The notes beneath the pieces are model-generated. The model did not search any database. It was not told the DNA's origin and saw only the letters and a list, made by a program, of their open reading frames with translations. Positions 36,139 through 46,059 of a stretch of DNA of 64,000 nt are shown piece after piece (position 1 is the stretch's first letter; each line of letters starts with the position of its first letter). This DNA comes from an uncultured Rhodopirellula sp. (lineage in GTDB: Bacteria; Planctomycetota; Planctomycetia; Pirellulales; Pirellulaceae): contig CAXGAI010000004.1 in the NCBI GenBank assembly GCA_964007735.1, forward strand, positions 1-64,000, in the 5' to 3' direction. Position numbers and translations under genes: made by a program.

Positions 36139-37659
36139 CTATTTTGCTTCTTTGATTTCAATATTCAAAACCTTCCCTTTTTCATCACGATGAATGAAGG
36201 CTAGTGTGGCAATTCCCTTTACTTCCGGAAGACTGACGACCTGTAAAAATCCGCCGGAAGGAGGGTTTTGTAGGTAATGTTGCTTAATATGACCTTCGGG
36301 ATCGGTACTCAACTCTTCTCCGGACTTTCGGCCGGGTCGGCTATTGGCATCAATCAATGCTCCGGAAGAGAATTCCTCAACTCCGGTCGGGTCTTCGGCG
36401 TGGTACTGCCAGTGGCGGTCACCGCAGATGAGATAGAAATTGTTGTTACTTAGCCCTTCATTTTCGAGAAAGTCAAAGAAGACTTTGCGTTCGTGACGAA
36501 AACCGTTGAAGTTGGTATGATTGTCGAATTTTCGTTTATCATCAGGACCAACCATTGGGGTGGGCGATACCATCACTTTGAAAGTGGCGTCGCTGTTTTT
36601 GAGTGTTTTCATAAGCCACTCGCGTTGCTCTAGTCCCCAGATGGTTTTTTCAGCTCCATCTTCCATAGCATTATCCGTTCGGTGGATTCGTCCTTCGACA
36701 AACCAAATCTGAAGATCTTTTGATACTCGGATTGTTCGATAGGTTTTCGTTGTTTGATCTCCCATCGCGGCGTATGGTAGTTGTTCGTACATCATACGAA
36801 CAGCCATCTCCACGCTCGGCAAATGGTCTCCGGAGTTATCGCCATCATCGATGCGGTAATCATGGTCATCGACTTCCCAATAAGTTGGAACATGGGAGAA
36901 CAGAGCCCGGTAACGAGGCTGCACGAACTGCTCATGCCACTTTTGCCGCATCTCTTCGATCGTTTCTGCACGTGGATCTTTGGGGGTATCGTAGTAAACG
37001 TTGTCGCCGGTTCCGACGAAGAAGTGAGGACGCAACTTGCTGATGCTTGCCAAAGCCGGATATCCGAGATGTTTATCCCGACCCTGATAAGCCTCCGGCA
37101 ATTCGGTATTGTTATGTTCCAGGTGGATTTTTCGGTCGATTCGGTTATCTCCATGGAACTTGGCATAATTCATTCCCGTCACGACAACAAAAGAAATGGG
37201 TCGGGACTGGTCTTTGCCCGGATGGGTAATGAATCGCCCGGTTGGACCTGACCTGAGTGTATCTTCATTGATGCCGATTTTTGTTTTAATGATATAGGGA
37301 GTATTCGGTTTGAGATTCTCGAAAATGACTCGGGCGATGTAGTCATGCTCTGCTTTTGTCTCGACAATCTGTTTCTCGATAGTGGTGAGTTCACCCTTGA
37401 ACCGTGGACGGGGTAAAGCCACATCTTCGATCAGTGCAAACTTAACAACTCCGCTGCGTCCCGGAACATCTCGATCCACTAATTGAGTGGTCGCAGTGAG
37501 TCGTACTTGCGCGTGAATACTGGTTGAAGTTAATTCCCCCATCATGATGCCTTGTCCTGCAAACAGACTTGGCTTGAGTGGTTTGTTTGGTTTTGTTGCC
37601 ATGGCAGACATGGTTAACGTTACGATCAGGCAGACAGCAAGTACAAATTGTTTAGTCAT
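36139..37659 (-). CDS. Alkaline phosphatase D (PhoD) family protein
   Basis: Signal peptide; GDNVYYD, VDDHD, WGLEQREWL and GDRH. ATG start chosen at 37659. Confidence 0.85.
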   Translation of the reverse strand: MTKQFVLAVCLIVTLTMSAMATKPNKPLKPSLFAGQGIMMGELTSTSIHAQVRLTATTQLVDRDVPGRSGVVKFALIEDVALPRPRFKGELTTIEKQIVETKAEHDYIARVIFENLKPNTPYIIKTKIGINEDTLRSGPTGRFITHPGKDQSRPISFVVVTGMNYAKFHGDNRIDRKIHLEHNNTELPEAYQGRDKHLGYPALASISKLRPHFFVGTGDNVYYDTPKDPRAETIEEMRQKWHEQFVQPRYRALFSHVPTYWEVDDHDYRIDDGDNSGDHLPSVEMAVRMMYEQLPYAAMGDQTTKTYRTIRVSKDLQIWFVEGRIHRTDNAMEDGAEKTIWGLEQREWLMKTLKNSDATFKVMVSPTPMVGPDDKRKFDNHTNFNGFRHERKVFFDFLENEGLSNNNFYLICGDRHWQYHAEDPTGVEEFSSGALIDANSRPGRKSGEELSTDPEGHIKQHYLQNPPSGGFLQVVSLPEVKGIATLAFIHRDEKGKVLNIEIKEAK

Positions 37660-37759
37660 TGTTGTTACTCCAACGGTTGGGTCTTCAGATTCAGTCTCTA
37701 CAATATAAGGCAGACAGCAAACCAATAAACCATCTGTTCAATAAAACCAAACAACCACT

Positions 37760-38716
37760 TTGAAAAAGATAACTACAAAACGTGTTGGCTCTAGGAAACG
37801 AGCACCGCAAAATCGTACGGTGACATTATCACGATCAGATCGTAAGCAGTTGCAACCATTGCTACTCACGCAAGTACCAAAACGGCGGCGCAGGAAACCT
37901 GTCACTGGCGTCGCTTGCGGGGATTATCAGAACTGGGCACAACGCTTGCCACTTAGTTCTGTCGATTTGCTGATGCTCGATCCCCCCTATAATTTGACCA
38001 AATCGTTTGGGAGGTTAAAGTTTCAGGCGCGGGCGGAAAGGAAATACACCCAGTGGTTACGTAATGTCATCGGTCGGCTTGTGCCATTGTTAAAACCAAC
38101 GGCTTCCATTTATATCTGTGGTGACTGGCGAACTTCGCTATCGGTCATGGATGTTGTTGATGATTTTTTTCAAGTTAGAAATCGAATTACCTGGGAACGG
38201 GAGAAAGGGCGTGGTGCGAAGGCCAACTGGAAAAATTCTCACGAGGATATATGGTTTTGTACGATGTCTAAAGATTACACATTTCACGTTGAGCAGGTGA
38301 AACACCGTCGGCGCGTGATTGCACCCTACAGGAATGCAGACGGCAGTCCCAAGGACTGGGACGAGGGACGTGACGGTAATTATCGTGATACTCACCCGTC
38401 TAATCTCTGGAATGACTTATCCGTCCCATTTTGGTCGATGTCAGAAAACACAGACCATCCCACTCAGAAGCCCGAGAAACTGGTTGCAAAATTATTACTG
38501 GCGAGTACCAATCCCGGAGACTATGTGCTTGATCCGTTTGGTGGAAGTGGGACAACAGCCGTCGTTGCGGCCAAGTTGCAACGTCAGTGCTTGTCAATCG
38601 ATCTCAACCAGGAATACTGTTTATGGGCATTAAAGCGTTTGGAAATGGCGAAACAGGACACTTCGATTCAGGGCTATGAAGAGGGGGTTTTCTGGGAACG
38701 TAATTCAGGAAAGTAA
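37760..38716 (+). CDS. Beta-class N6-A/N4-C DNA methyltransferase
   Basis: Motif IV DPPY precedes HPTQKP and motif I DPFGGSGTT. Confidence 0.92.
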   Translation: MKKITTKRVGSRKRAPQNRTVTLSRSDRKQLQPLLLTQVPKRRRRKPVTGVACGDYQNWAQRLPLSSVDLLMLDPPYNLTKSFGRLKFQARAERKYTQWLRNVIGRLVPLLKPTASIYICGDWRTSLSVMDVVDDFFQVRNRITWEREKGRGAKANWKNSHEDIWFCTMSKDYTFHVEQVKHRRRVIAPYRNADGSPKDWDEGRDGNYRDTHPSNLWNDLSVPFWSMSENTDHPTQKPEKLVAKLLLASTNPGDYVLDPFGGSGTTAVVAAKLQRQCLSIDLNQEYCLWALKRLEMAKQDTSIQGYEEGVFWERNSGK

Positions 38717-38719
38717 AAG

Positions 38720-38959
38720 ATGCAGCAAGAGTTAAGAACCGGAAGGTATCGACATTATAAAAACAAAGATTACATGGTGCTGGGAATCGCCTATCACAGC
38801 GAAACAGAAGAGAAAATGGTGCTTTATCGTCAGGAATATGATGAACGCAATCTGTGGGTTAGGCCATTTAACATGTTCTTTGAAAACGTTACCGTTGACG
38901 GTAAAACAGTACCCCGATTTACTTACGTGGGGGCCTCCTGCGATGAAGATGGAGAATGA
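38720..38959 (+). CDS. DUF1653 protein
   Basis: GRYRHYK, HSETEE..V.Y, LWVRP..MF and VPRF. Confidence 0.9.
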   Translation: MQQELRTGRYRHYKNKDYMVLGIAYHSETEEKMVLYRQEYDERNLWVRPFNMFFENVTVDGKTVPRFTYVGASCDEDGE

Positions 38960-39486
38960 GGGTAATGTCTCAATTTGCTAATGAATATGATTTGGTTGAC
39001 GGGCTTCAAATGCATGAGGAGAATCCTGAGCACTTCCATATTCCCCATGACTTATTAAAGAAGTATTTAGCGGTAGGCCAGTTTGTTGAGCTCCGTATCG
39101 ATTCCCCTCGTTTCTCCGTGCACCCGGATGCTCCTGAAGCATGTACCTGTCCGGTTTGTAGTGGCGAAGCGAAGAAACCGATTATAGGACACCCTGTTCC
39201 GATATCCTTCATTAAAGTTCAGGGAGATCCGCCGCCTTCTCGTGGTTGGGGAGAAGATTTCTGGGTCCGAATCGTCTCCCGTGATGGAACGCAATTGCGG
39301 GGTAGAGTGGACAATCATTTGTATGAAACGAAACTTCATGGTGTCGATTTTAACGATGTGATCGAATTCACGCTTGATCATGTTCTAGCCGTACATCCTG
39401 TTCATCGAGAAGCATTAGTTTTGAGTATGTCATCGGAAGACGTCAAAGAATTTGCGGTTTGGCTAGGTTCAATACGGGATGAATGA
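38956..39486 (+). CDS. Hypothetical protein, DUF2314-like beta domain with CxCxxC insert
   Basis: ATGA overlap with the upstream gene; GEDFWV...GRVDN...DVIEF pattern. Confidence 0.7.
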   Translation: MRVMSQFANEYDLVDGLQMHEENPEHFHIPHDLLKKYLAVGQFVELRIDSPRFSVHPDAPEACTCPVCSGEAKKPIIGHPVPISFIKVQGDPPPSRGWGEDFWVRIVSRDGTQLRGRVDNHLYETKLHGVDFNDVIEFTLDHVLAVHPVHREALVLSMSSEDVKEFAVWLGSIRDE

Positions 39487-39591
39487 GCCTGCTTACACCC
39501 TGTACTGTTCGATCGAGCCCTTCGGAATTAAAATAGGGTTTCTACATCAGCTATTCCCTACTTCCAGACACTTTATTTTCTATTGAGATTT

Positions 39592-42345
39592 ATGTCCCAG
39601 TCTTCGTTTGAAACGCTCAGCAAAGAAGTCGACCAGTTAGGCCGGTTGATTGGTGATGTTATTCGTGAGGTGGCTGGTGATGAAGGTTTTGAACTGGTGG
39701 AATCCGTTCGGAAGATGATCCGGGAATTGCGTTCCGGTAATCGGGAACGTGAGGAAGAACTCGACAGAGTTATTGCCAATGTTGATAAAGAGCAGATTAT
39801 CATTCTGACTCGGGCTTTTACGATCTTTCTCGAGTTATCCAATTTAGCGGAAGACCGGCAGCGAGTTCGCGTTCTTCATGATCGAAAGCAGCATGCATAT
39901 CCCGAGCCTGCGAAAGAGACGATTCGAGCAATCATCAAACAGTTCCATGATCAGGGTCATACCGACGAACAGGTTCAAAAGTTTGTGAACACTGCTCGCG
40001 TGGAACTCGTTCTTACAGCCCACCCGACGGAAGCGAAACGTCGTTCGATTCGTCGTTTGCTTAATGATTTACGGAAGTTGCTTGACCGTCAGGATACGCA
40101 TGACCTGTTACCTCACAAACGTGAGCGAATTCCAAGTGAAGTTAAAGCTCAGTTGCGTAAACTATGGCAAACTGATTTCATCCGGTCGCGGCGGCCAACG
40201 GTATTGCAGGAAGTGCAACGCGGGTTGGCTTATAAGGATGTGTTGTGGGATATCGTTCCTCGTGTTGCTAATGATCTCCGGCAGGCGCTGACGGACTTCT
40301 ATCCGAATGTGAAGAAAACAAATCCATTATTTGTTTATGGTTCCTGGATTGGTGGAGACCGTGACGGTAACCCCTATGTAACTCCGGACGTTACCGCCCA
40401 GACATTTGAGTGGTTACGGGAAGCTGCACTTGAAACTCACCTTAATCAGTGTGAAAAGTTAGGGCGCTCGCTTTGTATCTCTGATAAGCATTCAGAAGCC
40501 GGAAAGATGATTCTGGATTCCGTTACGAATGCGAAAGAACGCTGGCCGGAACTTGAACCATTGTTGCAACGGGTTCCTCCTCGGGAATCTTATCGTCAAT
40601 GGCTTCGAGTGATTCACTGGAGATTGTCTCAGACAGCAACTTTAGAGATAACCGATCGGGTATCAAATATCCCGGGAGCGTACATGTCAGCAGCCGAGCT
40701 TCACAGTGACGTGACCTTGATTCGCAATAGTTTGAGGACAACCGGCAATACCATTATTGCTGAAAATGAAGTACAGCCCTGGCTGGACCAAATTCGAATT
40801 TTTGGATTCCATATGATGCATTTGGATATTCGTCAGGACTCAGGCGTTTATGCCGAAGTCATGAATGATATCTGGAAAGTTACCGGCAAACATGATGATC
40901 CGGAGGCTCTCGGGGAAGTACAACGGCAGGAATTGTTGTTGAGCACACTTGGCAGTGAGATTCAACTGGGTGAGTTAACACTTCAGGAGGGGACGAGTCG
41001 TACGTTCGAGTTATTTACCGTGATGCGTCGAACGGCTCGTGTCTACGGTATGGCAGCTCTTGGTGGCCATGTCGTGAGTATGACGAGAACTCCCAGTGAT
41101 TTGCTGACCGTGCTTTGGCTATGGAAATGGTCTGAGGCGATTGATGGTGGCGACGAGCAGGACGCACACAGTCAGCTACCACTTGTCCCTCTTTTCGAAA
41201 CCATCCAGGACCTTAAGAATGCAGATGCCACGTTAACGTCTTTACTCAGTGACCCTGTTTATCGTGAATATCTGAAACAACAAGGTAATAACCAAACCAT
41301 CATGATTGGTTACAGCGATAGCACTAAAGATGGTGGTTATCTGGCAGGGCAATGGGGATTGTATAATTCACAATCGAGAATGGCTAAGGTTGCCGAAGAA
41401 TTTGGTGTTAATCTAACGTTCTTTCATGGTCGAGGCGGATCGCTTGGCCGAGGCGGAGGGCCTGCTGCAAAATCAGTGTTGTCGTTACCTGAAGATTCTT
41501 TCAATGGTACATTGCGATTGACCGAGCAGGGTGAAATTTTGTCTGACCGGTATGACAATCCCCATATTGCAAGCCGTCACCTTGAACAACTCGCATGGGC
41601 CGTGTTGTCGAAGATTTCTGACGATTCAATCGTGGATATTTCTCCCTGGCAGGACACGATACAGCAGTTAGCTGATCGTTCAAGACTAGGGTATCGTCAA
41701 CTTGTAGATCACCCGTCGTTCCCGGATTTCTATCGACGTGTGACTCCCATTAATCAAATCGAAAAGCTCCCGATCGGTTCGCGGCCATCCAAACGCCGTA
41801 AAGGTGATAAAGTTGAAAACCTACGGGCAATCCCCTGGGTGTTTTCATGGACGCAGTGTCGTTGCTTAATTCCAGCCTGGTTTGGCATCGGTTCGGCTTG
41901 TAAGCAATTTGTGGATGCGGGGGAGTTTGACATGCTTCAACGCATGTATGACGAGTGGACTTTCTTCAAAGCCATTATTGATAATGCTGCCCTGGCACTG
42001 GCTAAAACGAACATGCCTGTGTTTAGTCGCTATGCTCAACTTGGTGCTGACCTAGAAGGTGGCAGCGAATTGATCGAAATGATCAATGCTGAATATGAAA
42101 ACACGCTGGCAGCGATTCTGCAGTTGACCGGCTCGGAACAGTTGCTTGATAAAGTGAGTTGGTTACACCGCTCTATCGATGTTCGTAATGGCTATGTCGG
42201 CCCACTCAATTTGTTGCAAATTGAACTGATGAAGCGATGTGCTGCCGCGTCGGAAGATGACAGCCCCGAGTATCTCTCTGATTTGGATTATCAAACCCAG
42301 TTGACCATTAAAGGTGTCTCAACGGGTATGCGTGGTACTGGCTAG
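39592..42345 (+). CDS. ppc: Phosphoenolpyruvate carboxylase
   Basis: LTAHPTE, GGDRDGNP, MIGYSDSTKDGG, FHGRGGSLGRGGGP and LRAIPWVFSW. ATG start chosen at 39592. Confidence 0.97.
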   Translation: MSQSSFETLSKEVDQLGRLIGDVIREVAGDEGFELVESVRKMIRELRSGNREREEELDRVIANVDKEQIIILTRAFTIFLELSNLAEDRQRVRVLHDRKQHAYPEPAKETIRAIIKQFHDQGHTDEQVQKFVNTARVELVLTAHPTEAKRRSIRRLLNDLRKLLDRQDTHDLLPHKRERIPSEVKAQLRKLWQTDFIRSRRPTVLQEVQRGLAYKDVLWDIVPRVANDLRQALTDFYPNVKKTNPLFVYGSWIGGDRDGNPYVTPDVTAQTFEWLREAALETHLNQCEKLGRSLCISDKHSEAGKMILDSVTNAKERWPELEPLLQRVPPRESYRQWLRVIHWRLSQTATLEITDRVSNIPGAYMSAAELHSDVTLIRNSLRTTGNTIIAENEVQPWLDQIRIFGFHMMHLDIRQDSGVYAEVMNDIWKVTGKHDDPEALGEVQRQELLLSTLGSEIQLGELTLQEGTSRTFELFTVMRRTARVYGMAALGGHVVSMTRTPSDLLTVLWLWKWSEAIDGGDEQDAHSQLPLVPLFETIQDLKNADATLTSLLSDPVYREYLKQQGNNQTIMIGYSDSTKDGGYLAGQWGLYNSQSRMAKVAEEFGVNLTFFHGRGGSLGRGGGPAAKSVLSLPEDSFNGTLRLTEQGEILSDRYDNPHIASRHLEQLAWAVLSKISDDSIVDISPWQDTIQQLADRSRLGYRQLVDHPSFPDFYRRVTPINQIEKLPIGSRPSKRRKGDKVENLRAIPWVFSWTQCRCLIPAWFGIGSACKQFVDAGEFDMLQRMYDEWTFFKAIIDNAALALAKTNMPVFSRYAQLGADLEGGSELIEMINAEYENTLAAILQLTGSEQLLDKVSWLHRSIDVRNGYVGPLNLLQIELMKRCAAASEDDSPEYLSDLDYQTQLTIKGVSTGMRGTG

Positions 42346-42355
42346 AGTGGTTAAA

Positions 42356-42376
42356 CAGGATTCGCACGGAATCCTA
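42356..42376 (-). promoter_or_regulatory. Putative bacterial SECIS hairpin
   Basis: TAGGATTC-CGTGC-GAATCCTG; the loop begins after a 23-nt spacer from the in-frame TGA and has GT at loop positions 2-3. Confidence 0.55.
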
Positions 42377-42967
42377 AAAACGTTCAATGTGTCAGCCTCG
42401 TTCCCGCGTGTGTTCCTGTCGCGGATTTTTACCAGCCAAAACAGCTTCGACGGCTTCTTCTGCCAGAGCCTTATCTCCTTGCCGGAATTGTCCCCAGTAT
42501 CGCACTACATTGTTTGCATCAATAACGACTGTCGTCGTCGTCATTTTGGCTCCGAATAGATCGGCAAGATTTCCCTGAGAGTCTATAAGCACTGGCATTT
42601 CCAGATTTTTTTCTTTAAGGACTTTGGAGATCGTTCGGGCTTGTTCACCGGCACTCGCGTCCAATGCAAGAATGGCGACCTTTCCTTCGTATTTTTGAGA
42701 AAGTTCACTCAGTGGTTTATCGACCATTCGACAACTTCCACAGAATGAACACCAGAATGTAAGAACTGTCACACCACTAGTATTGTTTTTTCCGTCAGAC
42801 TGGATGTCTTTAAGAGTGATTTTTCTTCCCTTGAGGGTCCGGACTTCAAAATTGGGAACTTTATCTCCCACGGAATGTGTTTTTATGTCGGCTTCTTTTG
42901 CCAGAGACAGCAAACATCCTAAAACGATGGCGATACAGGCGATAACACTTGTGATTGTTTTTAGCAT
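42374..42967 (-). CDS. Secreted redoxin/AhpC-TSA-like thioredoxin-fold protein, probable selenoprotein (ends at 42392 if TGA is a stop)
   Basis: Signal peptide, VGDKVPNF, FWCSFCGSC and VIDANNVVRYWG. The C-terminus reads TRERG-TGA-HIERF-TAG. Confidence 0.8.
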
Positions 42968-43147
42968 CGATGAAGGCTCCCACTCCATTGGTCCAATAAG
43001 GAATTGCATTTATTGTAATGAAATCAGTAAGTACTTTCAGAGCAGGGGTGGAATTCCTGGTCTAAGTGATGAATACCAACGACTGAAGCAGCTATTTTAG
43101 ATAAAATGTAGGGGATGATTTAGCTGCTTAATTAAAGGACAAGTTCT

Positions 43148-46033
43148 GTGAGCCCGAGGCTGTTATTTTTAGGTCTGTGCATGCTATTGCCATGGTCAGT
43201 GCAAGCTGACGATGTCTTCTACGAACGCGATGTGCGTCCCATCCTGAAGGCGCATTGTTTTCATTGCCACGGTGAGGAAGGTGTGAAGGAAGCCAATCTG
43301 GATCTACGGCTTGCTAAATTTATTAAGAAGGGTGGTGATTCAGGACCTTCCATTGCTACGGGCATGGCCGTCGATTCATTTTTGTTTAATCGCGTTGAAT
43401 CGGGTGAGATGCCACCGGAGGACAAGAACTTATCTCGTTTAGAAATCGAGACGATTCGAAAGTGGATTGATCAGGGCGCCCGAACGGCTAGTCCGGAGCC
43501 AGACTCAATATCCGAGCAGTATTTCACCAACGAAGAAAGTCAGTTTTGGGCATTTCAACCGATTGTCAAACGAGAGATTCCGATAACGGATACTCGTCGT
43601 GCTCTTTCGTCTCCGGTGGATTATTTCATCTTGTCTAAATTGCGTTCGAAGCGTTTGGATTTTACAGAGAGGGCCCCTCGTGAAATTTTAATTCGACGTC
43701 TTTCCTTTGATTTGTTAGGTCTTCCCCCCAACTCCGAAGCCATCGAACAATTTGTCAACAATGAAAGTCCGGATGCTTACGAACAGTTAGTTGATCGTTT
43801 GCTTGCATCTCCCGAATATGGAGAACGCTGGGGGCGTCACTGGCTGGATGTTGCCGGATATGCAGATTCTGAAGGGTATACCGACGCAGATACGGAACGA
43901 GAGTGGGCCTATGCCTATCGTGATTATGTCATTCGTGCCTTCAATGAAAATATGCCGTACGATCAATTTGTAAGAGAGCAACTTGCCGGCGATGAGTTAA
44001 CACAAAGACCCTACAACAATCTTGCGGAAGAGGCTCGGCGGAAACTGACGGCCACAGGTTTCATGAGAATGGCACCGGATGGAACCGGTAGTGGCGGCGT
44101 TGATCAGATGGTTGCCAGAAACGAAGCGATTGCCGATAGCATTAATGTCATGACGACCTCTCTGCTTGGTATGACCGTTGGTTGTGCTCGCTGCCATAAT
44201 CACCGCTATGATCCCATCAGCCAGGAAGACTACTATCGTCTACGAGCCATTCTTGCTCCTGCGATGGATTGGCAATCTTGGCAGACACCCTCACAACGGC
44301 AAATCAGCCTTTATACAGAGCAAGATAACATCGAGAAATCTACGATCGAAGTGCGAGTTCAGGAAGCAACCGACGAACGGCAGAAAGTGATCGATAAACA
44401 CATCGATCGGACGCTTTACGAAGAACTGATAAAGGCTCCCGATGAATTAAAGGAGCCGCTTCGGAAAGCCTATCAAACAACCGCCAGCGAACGTTCCGAA
44501 GAACAAACGGCTTTATTGAAAGAGCATCCCTATATTCAAAATATTAGCGCTGGTTCTCTTTATCTTTATAGTCGCCAGCGGTCACGTCGTTCCGATGATA
44601 TTGAAGCCATCGCTGAGCAGCGCGAACAGGATGCTATAGCAGGTGTAAAACAAAGATATCTGGAGGGATTGGAAGATGAAGCAGTTCGCACCGCTTTGGC
44701 ACAAGTCCTCGAGGTTGCATCGGAACAACGTAATGAAGAGCAGAAGTTAAGGCTTGCTAAGCATCAGCCATTGCTTGTCACAGCTGATACCTTGTCACAG
44801 TTTAATGCCGAAGAAGCAAGGTTGGTTGCAGATTACCGCAAAGCGGCAGAAATATGTCGGAACACGGACGCCAGAAAGGAGATGGATGATCTGCAAAAGG
44901 TGATTGATTCGATACGAGCAGAAATTCCACGTGAGTATTTTATTCGAGCACTGACTGAACCAGAGAACCATCAGCCATTGACTTACTTATTCAAACGAGG
45001 AAATCACTCAAGTCCGGCGGAAGAACCGACTTTGCCAGGTGAGATGGAGATTTTAAGTTCGAAAGTCTCAGTCGTAATCCCCGAAAACAATCCCGATTTA
45101 CCAACGACTGGGCGTCGTTTGGCTTACGCTCGTCATCTCACTGGTGACCGGCATCCTTTATTGGCTCGCGTGATGGTGAATAGGATTTGGTATCATCACT
45201 TTGGTCGAGCATTTGTCAATTCGTTAGGTGATTTTGGCCAACTGGGAGAGAGACCAACTCATCCTCATCTACTGGATTGGCTCTCTCGGGAGTTTATCGA
45301 GAGTGGTTGGGATATCAAGCATATTCATCGTTTGATTCTTAACTCTTATACCTACCAGCAACAGTCTGGTAGATCACCGCAGCTGGATGAAAACGATCCG
45401 GATAATCGATATTACGCTCGCCAATCCGTTCGTCGGCTTGAGTCAGAGATCGTTAGAGATGCGATGATTGCTGTTAGCGGGGAATTGAACAACTCAATGT
45501 TTGGAGAAGCCGTTCCTGTGAGGGAAGACGGAGTTGGTCAAATCGTCCTCGGAAAAGAGAATCTCGACGGTGAGCGAAAGCCGATCAAAGGTGATGGCAT
45601 CGGTGCCGAGGAACATCGACGGAGTATCTATGTACAGGTCCGACGAAGTCGCCCGTTAGCTGTGCTCGAGACTTTTGATGTGCCATCGGTCGCACCGAAC
45701 TGTACCCGTCGGTCAGATTCAAATGTTGCTCCACAGGCGTTATTGTTGATGAATAGTGATTTCATTTTGAAGTATTCTGCCTTGTTTGCTAATCATATAA
45801 GGCAGCATGGTGGTGAATCTCCATCGGAACATATCTTATACGCTTGGCAACGTGCCTTTGGGCAGCAAATATCGGATGAGACACTCAGTGAACTTTTAGC
45901 ATTCCTTGCAACACAACAACAGGAACTGCTGGAAGCTGATAGCGAGTTGGGAGTTGCAGGTGCAGAAAAGACAGCATTTGATATGTTGTGTCAGGCATTG
46001 CTTGCTTCCAATCAGTTCATATATGTGGACTAA
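43148..46033 (+). CDS. Planctomycete cytochrome c / DUF1549 / DUF1553 protein
   Basis: CFHCHG, FWAF, YGERWGRHWLD, CARCHNHRYDP, RRSIY and APQAL. Confidence 0.9.
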   Translation: MSPRLLFLGLCMLLPWSVQADDVFYERDVRPILKAHCFHCHGEEGVKEANLDLRLAKFIKKGGDSGPSIATGMAVDSFLFNRVESGEMPPEDKNLSRLEIETIRKWIDQGARTASPEPDSISEQYFTNEESQFWAFQPIVKREIPITDTRRALSSPVDYFILSKLRSKRLDFTERAPREILIRRLSFDLLGLPPNSEAIEQFVNNESPDAYEQLVDRLLASPEYGERWGRHWLDVAGYADSEGYTDADTEREWAYAYRDYVIRAFNENMPYDQFVREQLAGDELTQRPYNNLAEEARRKLTATGFMRMAPDGTGSGGVDQMVARNEAIADSINVMTTSLLGMTVGCARCHNHRYDPISQEDYYRLRAILAPAMDWQSWQTPSQRQISLYTEQDNIEKSTIEVRVQEATDERQKVIDKHIDRTLYEELIKAPDELKEPLRKAYQTTASERSEEQTALLKEHPYIQNISAGSLYLYSRQRSRRSDDIEAIAEQREQDAIAGVKQRYLEGLEDEAVRTALAQVLEVASEQRNEEQKLRLAKHQPLLVTADTLSQFNAEEARLVADYRKAAEICRNTDARKEMDDLQKVIDSIRAEIPREYFIRALTEPENHQPLTYLFKRGNHSSPAEEPTLPGEMEILSSKVSVVIPENNPDLPTTGRRLAYARHLTGDRHPLLARVMVNRIWYHHFGRAFVNSLGDFGQLGERPTHPHLLDWLSREFIESGWDIKHIHRLILNSYTYQQQSGRSPQLDENDPDNRYYARQSVRRLESEIVRDAMIAVSGELNNSMFGEAVPVREDGVGQIVLGKENLDGERKPIKGDGIGAEEHRRSIYVQVRRSRPLAVLETFDVPSVAPNCTRRSDSNVAPQALLLMNSDFILKYSALFANHIRQHGGESPSEHILYAWQRAFGQQISDETLSELLAFLATQQQELLEADSELGVAGAEKTAFDMLCQALLASNQFIYVD

Positions 46034-46059
46034 GTAGAGGCGAGAGTCGGAAAAATACC

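Noticed and set aside
42356..42376. Hairpin read as a plain bidirectional terminator for ppc and the redoxin gene
   Set aside because: It is followed by A's on the + strand and only a short T run on the minus strand. The SECIS reading fits better, although a dual role is not excluded.
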